This document shows positions 9,968 through 16,783 of a stretch of DNA of 27,502 nucleotides, one piece after another (within the stretch, counting starts at the first letter, position 1; each line of letters begins with the position of its first letter). Source of the stretch: an uncultured virus (IMG/VR IMGVR_UViG_3300034629_000093) (Duplodnaviria > Heunggongvirae > Uroviricota > Caudoviricetes); the IMG/VR virus record IMGVR_UViG_3300034629_000093; one strand, given 5' to 3'. Under the pieces are notes generated by a model. It saw only the letters and a list, made by a program, of their open reading frames with translations, did no database searches and had not been told where the DNA came from. The translations under genes and the position numbers were made by a program.

Positions 9968-10060
9968 TTCTAACTCCTACATTCTACATTCTACCTTCTA
10001 CATTCTAACTCCTACATTCTAACTCCTACATTCTAACTCCTACCTTCTACCTTCTCACAT
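9968..10060 (+). repeat. Intergenic 7-mer array
   Basis: Tandem CTAACTC, CTACATT, CTACCTT units. Confidence 0.95.
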
Positions 10061-10864
10061 CTAATCCAAAACATTCCAAACCACTGCACCATTACCATTC
10101 TCCAATCCCTCCATACCATTCAGTAAATCCTGCGGGGAGGGCGGTTGAATTTTCGTAGGTAACAAATACGCCAGTGCAGTTTTCAGTAACAACTCCTCCA
10201 TAATCAGCGGGGTATCCAAAGTATGCTCAGCAAGCTCAGTAGTCTCAGCATCACTACGCTTACCCACGTTATACTCATTCACATCGATCACACCCGGAAC
10301 AGTACTAGCCTCAAAAACCAAAAAAGAATCCGAAGCCACAGCCTTACCCAAATGCAGAATAAAATTACTCGCATCAAACCAATAGGTTTCCTCCGCGGTT
10401 TGGGCGCTAAACCCTGTTTGAGTAGTTTCCTTATAACAATTCGGAGTTATATCCTCCGTTTTATTCTCTGTAAACAATGCGGTAGAATACACATATATCT
10501 TCCCGTTAATACCGGTCACATTATGCCAAGGCTCCTTATACAAAAAAGCCTCAATACCGGAAGGGTGCACACTCGCAAGTGTCGAAGCCAGTACAGAATC
10601 AACCGGTTCGGCAGCATAAACATCATGCAATCTTAAAGGTAATATCCGTAAACCGGCAGGCACAAAAATAGAAACCGTTTTCAGTTTTTTACGAAAAGAA
10701 GATAGATGCCTGTCAGCCTTATTAACAGCTCTCAATAAATGCTTATAAGCCTTTCGGCGTTGGTAAAGCGGGCCACTGATCTCATTTTCTTCAAACAAAA
10801 TCTCCAAACGATCCTCAAGCTCCTCAACCGCGTCCAGCAACATTATATCTAAAGAATAATCCAT
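10061..10864 (-). CDS. Putative head-tail adaptor/ring protein (267 aa)
   Basis: Helical N-terminus, beta middle and C-terminal P..MEELLLKTALAYL helix as in podovirus adaptors; lies between capsid and nozzle. Confidence 0.5.
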   Translation of the reverse strand: MDYSLDIMLLDAVEELEDRLEILFEENEISGPLYQRRKAYKHLLRAVNKADRHLSSFRKKLKTVSIFVPAGLRILPLRLHDVYAAEPVDSVLASTLASVHPSGIEAFLYKEPWHNVTGINGKIYVYSTALFTENKTEDITPNCYKETTQTGFSAQTAEETYWFDASNFILHLGKAVASDSFLVFEASTVPGVIDVNEYNVGKRSDAETTELAEHTLDTPLIMEELLLKTALAYLLPTKIQPPSPQDLLNGMEGLENGNGAVVWNVLD

Positions 10865-10894
10865 CTACAAAATCCTAAATCTTAATTCTCATGG

Positions 10895-10980
10895 CTAAAA
10901 CTAACTCCTACATTCTACCTTCTAACTTCTAACTTCTACCTTCTACATTCTACCTACTAACTACTAACTACTACCTCCTA
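10895..10980 (+). repeat. Intergenic 7-mer array
   Basis: Tandem CTAACTC, CTACATT, CTACCTT, CTAACTT, CTAACTA units. Confidence 0.93.
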
Positions 10981-11019
10981 AAAAAACAGGCCGGGCACAT
11001 TATAAGCGCCCAACCTGCT
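10980..11019 (-). terminator. Intrinsic terminator after major capsid gene
   Basis: Minus strand AGCAGGTTGGGCGC-TTATAAT-GTGCCCGGCCTGTT followed by a T run; 14-bp stem with G-U pairs that works only on the minus strand. Confidence 0.85.
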
Positions 11020-11045
11020 TAGAGGTAACCACAACCACGAGGTCA

Positions 11046-12620
11046 CTATACCTGTTCACCAAGAACAAATACTTCAAAACTTTGAGGTACCGAATCCAGC
11101 GTACCATCAATGTTATACTTTTGAACGCGGCTCTGCCCAAACAAGCAAGTTTTACTTACACCTGCCTCATTACCGTAATCATCTTCCTTCTTATACTTAA
11201 GGTCTTGATGTTTACCGGTAGCACGTACAAGAGCACCCGCTCCAAACACAAACACACGCTTCAACACTTGTGTATTTGCAACGCCGCTAAAAGCAGTTGC
11301 TGCGGCAGAAGCTGCCGTAAACTGGCGTACCCCTGGGGTAATACTCAGTTTTTCAACTCCATTCACGGTAGCCACATTGTAAGTCATTACAGTGGTATCC
11401 GTATTTGCGGTAGCAATAGCATTAAAGCTATTTTTCACGGTAAAGTAATCCTCTTCCGCTTCATCAAGCTTAATACTGTCACGTATGATCAGGTTCTTAT
11501 AAACCACATCATCCGCATGTAATAATGGGTTATCTTTAAATGCACCTTGGTAAGCGCCATTCATTAGGTCTTTATAATCCTGATCATCTTCCAACAGATC
11601 CTTCACACCACCCGGTACATACACAAGAAACATCTTTCTAAGCTTATCCTTGTTATCCCTAATCAGGCAAGGAATCATAGAACTGTTCAAGCACTGGCGG
11701 TTGATTTGTCTCAACAGAGACAAGGTAGGCTTATCGTCCGCTTGTACCGCGCTAATAGCCGTCGTAATAGAACTTTCATACGTCTTTTGGGTAGCATTAT
11801 AGGTAACCTTATTCATTTTACCGTCGCTCCAAACATACAAACGTGGATGCTCTTCAGGGCCTTTACGCACACCACCCGCAACATCAGCAATCGGCACATC
11901 GCCATTACTGGCACCGGCTCTCTTGCTGGCATTAATAAAGTGATGGATATCATAACCCGCGCAAGCTGCAAACCATAATCCGGTATCTTTACGCTGTGCT
12001 TCAGCATCCGTAAGGTTATCAACAAAACCCTTCATTAATTTACCGGCGGTCATGTTAGCAGTATATTGCTCACCCTCAATCACATCAGATTCACCAACAA
12101 CCAAGCTATACTTATCAATAGGTACTCTGTATGTATGGCGCTTCATTTCTTCCTCAGCACCAACATGCTTTTGGCCTTCATATCTACCCGTATTAAGTAT
12201 ATTAGAAGTACCGGTAATCAGTGGGTTCTTAATAACCACATCCATATACTTACCACCCGCGCTCAAGTCACTAGAGAACTTAATAGGTGCAGCAGCTACA
12301 CGTTGCGATTCTTGAGGTCCATCATCACCCCAGCTCATACCAATTTCACTCTCAGTAAACTCGGTCTTTTGCTCACCCTGTTTAATAGCCATCTGGCTCC
12401 ACTTATGGAATGTTTCCGGGTCAGAGGCAATCTTTGCCAACCAACTCGCCATAGCCATAGAAGATCCGAGCGTACCACCGCCCACAAGGTAAATCATTGT
12501 GCCCTCGCCAACGGCATTCGCCATTAAGCTGTAAAAATCAGGCATACTCTGTGCGGCCGTAGCCACACCAAACAAAAACAGCGCTAAAAGCTGTAAAAAA
12601 GGAATATATAATCGTTTCAT
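11046..12620 (-). CDS. Major capsid protein, N4-gp56/DUF4043 family, with hydrophobic N-terminal extension (524 aa)
   Basis: Motifs DLSAGGKYMDVVIKNPL..EGQKHVGAEEEM...VPIDKY and RVFVFGAGALVRATG...KEDDYGNEAGVS fit the family pattern; own leader and terminator. Confidence 0.85.
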   Translation of the reverse strand: MKRLYIPFLQLLALFLFGVATAAQSMPDFYSLMANAVGEGTMIYLVGGGTLGSSMAMASWLAKIASDPETFHKWSQMAIKQGEQKTEFTESEIGMSWGDDGPQESQRVAAAPIKFSSDLSAGGKYMDVVIKNPLITGTSNILNTGRYEGQKHVGAEEEMKRHTYRVPIDKYSLVVGESDVIEGEQYTANMTAGKLMKGFVDNLTDAEAQRKDTGLWFAACAGYDIHHFINASKRAGASNGDVPIADVAGGVRKGPEEHPRLYVWSDGKMNKVTYNATQKTYESSITTAISAVQADDKPTLSLLRQINRQCLNSSMIPCLIRDNKDKLRKMFLVYVPGGVKDLLEDDQDYKDLMNGAYQGAFKDNPLLHADDVVYKNLIIRDSIKLDEAEEDYFTVKNSFNAIATANTDTTVMTYNVATVNGVEKLSITPGVRQFTAASAAATAFSGVANTQVLKRVFVFGAGALVRATGKHQDLKYKKEDDYGNEAGVSKTCLFGQSRVQKYNIDGTLDSVPQSFEVFVLGEQV

Positions 12621-12644
12621 TTTCCTGTGTATTTAAAATTGTTA

Positions 12645-12768
12645 TTGAATTCTTGAGCATCCGGTAGGTCATACCATCGCCTATCGACATTGAATTCAGT
12701 CACAAGTGGGTCACACACAGGCAGGGTCACTGCCCTGTAACTGGTAAGCATCAAACGTCACTTTGATT
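12645..12768 (-). ncRNA. Candidate structured 5' leader RNA of the capsid gene with repeated UGACC-loop hairpins
   Basis: GGCAG-UGACC-CUGCC (12720-12734), GUG-UGACC-CAC (12706-12716), GGUA-UGACC-UACC (12663-12675), AUCAAA-GUGACG-UUUGAU (12750-12767); closing stem CAGUUACAG/UUGUGACUG. Confidence 0.65.
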
Positions 12769-12769
12769 A

Positions 12770-12804
12770 ATTGCAATTTGTATAATAAAATTACAAAATG
12801 CAAT
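12770..12804. promoter_or_regulatory. AT-rich inverted repeat, candidate promoter/operator for the capsid gene
   Basis: ATTGCAATTTGTA-N9-TACAAAATGCAAT (13-bp arms, 1 mismatch) between an upstream terminator and the structured leader. Confidence 0.5.
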
Positions 12805-12825
12805 ACTCACCCAAAAAAACATTCC

Positions 12826-13041
12826 CTCCTAAACTACTACCTTCTACCTCCTACATTCTAACCTTCTACCTCCTCAACTCCTACATTCTCACCTTCTACA
12901 TTCTACATTCTCACCCAATAAAAAAAAAGCCCCACATATAAATGCAAGGCTCATATCCTTTCCCCCTTCGGAGGGGGTGCCCGAAGGGCGGGGGAGGTCC
13001 TAACAGCTAAATACTAAATACTCTGTACTAAATACTAACTA
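12826..13041 (+). repeat. 7-mer arrays plus type B hairpin (12957-12997), surrounding a terminator
   Basis: CCTTTCCCCCTTCGGAGGGGGTGCCCGAAGGGCGGGGGAGG; CTACATT/CTACCTT units to the left and CTAAATA units to the right. Confidence 0.9.
12920..12951 (-). terminator. Intrinsic terminator after the 13042-13821 gene
   Basis: Minus strand AGCCTTGCAT-TTAT-ATGTGGGGCT followed by a T run. Confidence 0.8.
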
Positions 13042-13821
13042 CTAAAATCTAGTCGCAATCCCAAACTTATCAGTAAGCTCGGCACCAAGCGCTTCAGCGC
13101 CATCCTTACCCTTCGGTTTCTTCTCAACCTCAAAATCAGCAAGCACCGATTCCTCAGTATCCGGATCAATCAAGTCATAATAAGCACCACCACGCTTCCA
13201 CTTAAAAACCTTCTCATTATCCTTCCCCTCCGCGGGAGGGGACAAAGGGGAGGGTTCTTCCACCTTCTGAACTTCTGGCTCCTGAACTTCTGAATCCTCT
13301 TCACTCTGCACTTCGTCACTCTGCAACTCTGTACTCTGTTCCTCCTCAAGTTCATCATCCGGTATTCCTTGTTCAATATTCGATATTCCTTCCTCCTCCT
13401 GAACTCCTGAACTCCTACATTCTACATTCTCATCTTCTACATTCTCATCTTCTACATCCTCACCTTCTACATTCTCAACTCCTACATTCTCCTCTTCTCC
13501 GCCATAAACCTTCGCTCTTCCGCTCTCGCTCAAAGCCAGGTTCGTAAGCTTCTCGGCAGGGTTCGCGTCCTCATCCACAAACTCCACATCCTCCGGTTCC
13601 AAACGCGGGCAGCTCTTAATCGAGCCATGCGTTCTAAAAACCTCCACATGCACATAACGCGTTTCCACTTCGCCCGCCCGTCCGGGGATAGGGGTGGTGA
13701 AAGTTTTCAATCCCGTTTCAGGATCAACAACAGGGTTCACCGGCGTAATGCCATTCTTAAGTAAACGGCCAAGGCCGTCAATTAAAATATTCTTATTTCC
13801 GTCAACTTGTTCGTAATTCAT
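13042..13821 (-). CDS. Hypothetical protein (259 aa) with a repeat-derived acidic linker
   Basis: ORF with globular-looking N- and C-terminal parts separated by ~90 aa encoded by the repeat families (13221-13495). Confidence 0.75.
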   Translation of the reverse strand: MNYEQVDGNKNILIDGLGRLLKNGITPVNPVVDPETGLKTFTTPIPGRAGEVETRYVHVEVFRTHGSIKSCPRLEPEDVEFVDEDANPAEKLTNLALSESGRAKVYGGEEENVGVENVEGEDVEDENVEDENVECRSSGVQEEEGISNIEQGIPDDELEEEQSTELQSDEVQSEEDSEVQEPEVQKVEEPSPLSPPAEGKDNEKVFKWKRGGAYYDLIDPDTEESVLADFEVEKKPKGKDGAEALGAELTDKFGIATRF

Positions 13822-13880
13822 AATTCAATGGTTTTATTCTGATTGTTGGTTAAAATTCTTACCCTCCCCGGTAGGGTTTT

Positions 13881-13985
13881 CCTATCCCCCTTCGGAGGGG
13901 GTGCCCATCGGGCGGGGGAGGTCTCCTAAACTCCTACATTCTACCTTCTACATTCTACCTTCTACATTCTAGCTACTAACTACTA
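13881..13985 (+). repeat. Type B hairpin (13881-13921) plus 7-mer array
   Basis: CCTATCCCCCTTCGGAGGGGGTGCCCATCGGGCGGGGGAGG then CTACATT/CTACCTT units. Confidence 0.9.
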
Positions 13986-15626
13986 ACTAATCTTCGAATC
14001 CGTCTCAGCGGCAAGCCTATCCAATTCACTGCCAAGTCGTTCATGTTTACTCATATTTTTAGACGTTTTAAGCTCCTCCTGTTCGCCATAATTAGCGGGT
14101 GGTGTTTTCTTCGCGTCCTGTTCATTAGCGCTCTCAACCTGTTTCTTACGCGCCTCAGCACGTAGCGAATCAATATGAGCGTCATACGCTTTCAAGGCCA
14201 TGTACGCATCATGTGTAGTATTCAATCCATTAAACTCATCCGTGCGTTGGTAAGCAAAATTAAAAAACTGCTGAAGGCCACGTTGGTCAGTAGTTTTAAA
14301 CAAAACATGATCAGGATACTCCTTACTCAATTCATTCAAAACATTAGTAACCCGCTTCACCTTCTGTTGCTCCGTTTCCTTCGGGTCCGCCGGTTTCACC
14401 TCCTTCAATTTCTCCGCAAAAGAATTAATCTTATCCACAATACCCAGCTTCTCGCTGAAGGTAGTATCCAGTTCAGATCGTTTCTCTTCGATTGCATCTT
14501 TGGCAGCTAGTAATTTAACGGCATAATCATCCTCATACTTAGCATCCTTATCATTCTTCAGATCCTCAAGAGCATCCACCAAAGGCTTCAATTCCTTAGC
14601 AATCAAATCATTCTTAGCGGAATTCAACATAGAAACCAATGCTTCCGTAGGGTTATCCGATTTCACATCCAGTTCAATATCACCCGTAATACCAAACTCA
14701 TTCAATACGGCATCCAGGTTCGTAGCCAATTCGTTCTGTTCCTGTTGCAAAGCAGCAATCCGTTCCTGGCTAACAGTAGTATCCTGTACTGCCTTATTCC
14801 GATTCTGCAAATGAGTGATCAGTTTATCACTCTCCTCAATACGGGTACGGAGAGCCTCATTATTCAAAGCCACAGCCGTTTCAATGCTACCCGCCTCCAA
14901 TAAACTATCCGGGTTTTGCGGATCCTTAAACCAATCAGGTAGATCTACAGGCCCAACACCCTTACCACTCTCATTCAGTTTCTCCGTCAAATCCTTAATA
15001 CGCTCCACTTTAGCAGCAAGGCCCAGTTCGGCAGTATCGCGATTCTTATACGTAGTACCCTGGCCGGTATCCTTACCATGCGTTTCCGGGTGAAAGAAAT
15101 ACCGCTCCCCATCCACCTCCACAAGATCCTCCTCAAAACCCTCAACCACTTCCTCCGAAGTAGTATCTGCCTTTTCATCCCCATCCACAGTAGGGGAGGT
15201 TTCCTCCTTAACTTCTGAACTCCTACCTTCTACATTCTCTGAAGCATCAGCTTCAGCTCCCCCAAACTTCTCATTCGTCTCATTAATCAAATCATCCATC
15301 TCCGATATCTTCCCATCCACAGTAGGGGATTGAGGGGAGGATTCTCCTAAACTCCTACCTTCTACATTCTCAGTACTACCTTCTGAATCCTTCCCATCAC
15401 CACCCGAACTCGCTCCGCCATCCCCATCCGGGGCAAACAAAATCCGAGGCACTCCAAACATCCCCATAAACGAAGCCGTCGCCATGCCGATATCAGCATC
15501 ATTACAACTCAGAAAAAATACGATTGCAAACACAAAAGCAATCACATACAACTGCCACCCAAGGCTAACAGTCGTTTTTGAGTTTTGTGATCTGGTAATT
15601 TTATCTACTTCAAATAAATACTTCAT
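13983..15626 (-). CDS. Probable capsid scaffolding protein (~547 aa) with hydrophobic N-terminal segment
   Basis: Acidic, coiled-coil-rich, between portal and capsid; ILFAPDGDGG motif of the type seen near scaffold N-termini. ATG at 15626 preferred because the extra 18 codons in the track come from a repeat element. Confidence 0.7.
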   Translation of the reverse strand: MKYLFEVDKITRSQNSKTTVSLGWQLYVIAFVFAIVFFLSCNDADIGMATASFMGMFGVPRILFAPDGDGGASSGGDGKDSEGSTENVEGRSLGESSPQSPTVDGKISEMDDLINETNEKFGGAEADASENVEGRSSEVKEETSPTVDGDEKADTTSEEVVEGFEEDLVEVDGERYFFHPETHGKDTGQGTTYKNRDTAELGLAAKVERIKDLTEKLNESGKGVGPVDLPDWFKDPQNPDSLLEAGSIETAVALNNEALRTRIEESDKLITHLQNRNKAVQDTTVSQERIAALQQEQNELATNLDAVLNEFGITGDIELDVKSDNPTEALVSMLNSAKNDLIAKELKPLVDALEDLKNDKDAKYEDDYAVKLLAAKDAIEEKRSELDTTFSEKLGIVDKINSFAEKLKEVKPADPKETEQQKVKRVTNVLNELSKEYPDHVLFKTTDQRGLQQFFNFAYQRTDEFNGLNTTHDAYMALKAYDAHIDSLRAEARKKQVESANEQDAKKTPPANYGEQEELKTSKNMSKHERLGSELDRLAAETDSKIS

Positions 15627-15639
15627 AATAATAAATCCA

Positions 15640-15786
15640 CGTTGGTTAATTGGTTGTTGGTTAAAACCCTTCCCCTCCACAGGAGGGGATAAAGGGGAGG
15701 GTAACCCCTAATTACTGGTTGTTGGTTTTTGGTTTTTCTCACATCTTAAATCTAACTACTAACTACTACCTTCTAACTACTAAATT
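15640..15786 (+). repeat. Type A hairpin (15668-15701) flanked by TTGTTGG-type and CTAACTA-type 7-mers
   Basis: CCTTCCCCTCCACAGGAGGGGATAAAGGGGAGGG with GTTGGTT units on both sides. Confidence 0.88.
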
Positions 15787-16320
15787 CTACCCCACCAAAA
15801 CCCAATCCTCCGCAAGCATATCCGTTTGGGAAGCAAGCCATCCGGTAAGAACTTTTTTATCCGCCGTCCACATTCGGATAGAGCCATAAGCATCAAAAGT
15901 ATCCTTCCCAGTTTCCGTTTCAATCACTGTGCGCAAAGCGGGGTCATTTATTACCTTGGTAGGTATTCCATCATCAGCAGGAAGCAGGAATAAGAACATC
16001 CCTTTTCCATTCCATCCTTCCCGAGCAACACGCTTACCCATCTTCAACGCCTCAATCGCCTGCCCAAAAGTCAATCCGTTCACTTCACGGTAAGCCCTTT
16101 CAAAAACATCCTTAGGGCTCCAGCTAATGTAATGTTCGTGGGCGGGGTGCAACTGGTGGGAAGGGCTATCCAAATACTCCACTAAATATCCATCATCATT
16201 AGGGTTTTCGTCAGCCGGTATCGTCCATCCTCTATAATCATTGTATTCACCCCTTGTCATGGGAGTGGCTTTTATTTCTTTCGTACCTAAATAATTCTTC
16301 ATAATATTGGTTTCCTTCAT
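15787..16320 (-). CDS. DUF2829 (Tad2-like) domain protein fused to an N-terminal YxGTK...SWSPKxVFE domain (177 aa)
   Basis: C-terminal LTFGQAIEALKMGKRVAREGWNGKGMFL...GWLASQTDMLAEDW is the DUF2829 signature; start may be the second Met (MKNYLGTK). Confidence 0.85.
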   Translation of the reverse strand: MKETNIMKNYLGTKEIKATPMTRGEYNDYRGWTIPADENPNDDGYLVEYLDSPSHQLHPAHEHYISWSPKDVFERAYREVNGLTFGQAIEALKMGKRVAREGWNGKGMFLFLLPADDGIPTKVINDPALRTVIETETGKDTFDAYGSIRMWTADKKVLTGWLASQTDMLAEDWVLVG

Positions 16321-16400
16321 TGGTTGTTGGTTATTCCTAATTCAAATATTCCTAATTCCTACATCTTAAATCTCATATCTAAATACTAAAATCTAACTAC
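16321..16400 (+). repeat. Intergenic mixed 7-mer array
   Basis: TTGTTGG, CTAATTC, TAAATCT and CTAAATA units. Confidence 0.75.
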
Positions 16401-16407
16401 TCCATCA

Positions 16408-16668
16408 CTACCCAATCAGCTTATCTTGCCCAGGAATTTCTTTGAAGTTACTCTCAAAATACTCCTTCGCAACCAACCATTGATCGTTATGGTTATTTGG
16501 ATTCCGAGCAATCATATCCCCAATCTTAGGAGATCCGGTTTCTAAATCAGCTTGTGATATAGACACTCCTTCATTTAGTAATGCATCCCCATTATCTAAA
16601 ATTTCATTGTTCGTAACAGGTCGCATTTCTGCAATATTCGTTCTTTTATACTTTTTAAATTGACTCAT
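16408..16668 (-). CDS. Small conserved-looking phage protein (86 aa)
   Basis: Motif-rich FKKYKR..AEMRP...GSPKIGDMIARNPNNHNDQWLVAKEYFESNF; co-oriented and bounded by repeat arrays. Confidence 0.75.
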   Translation of the reverse strand: MSQFKKYKRTNIAEMRPVTNNEILDNGDALLNEGVSISQADLETGSPKIGDMIARNPNNHNDQWLVAKEYFESNFKEIPGQDKLIG

Positions 16669-16685
16669 TGGTCTATTCCTTATCT

Positions 16686-16778
16686 GATTGTTGGTTACTG
16701 GATATTGGTTGTTGGTTATTCCTAATTCACTCTGTACTAAATACTACCTTCTACATTCTAAACTCCTACCTCCTAAAT
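16686..16778 (+). repeat. Intergenic mixed 7-mer array
   Basis: TTGTTGG/TTACTGG/ATATTGG units then CTAAATA/CTACCTT/CTACATT. Confidence 0.8.
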
Positions 16779-16783
16779 CCGCC

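Noticed and set aside
12957..12997. GC-rich hairpin elements as intrinsic terminators or tRNA fragments
   Set aside because: They lack U-tracts on the coding strand, type A copies occur inside ORFs, separate canonical terminators exist nearby, and there are no tRNA D or T loop motifs.
15627..15680. N-terminal 18 aa (MEGKGFNQQPINQRGFII) of the tracked scaffold ORF
   Set aside because: Derived from a GTG inside hairpin A and TTGTTGG units; ATG at 15626 is the more plausible start.
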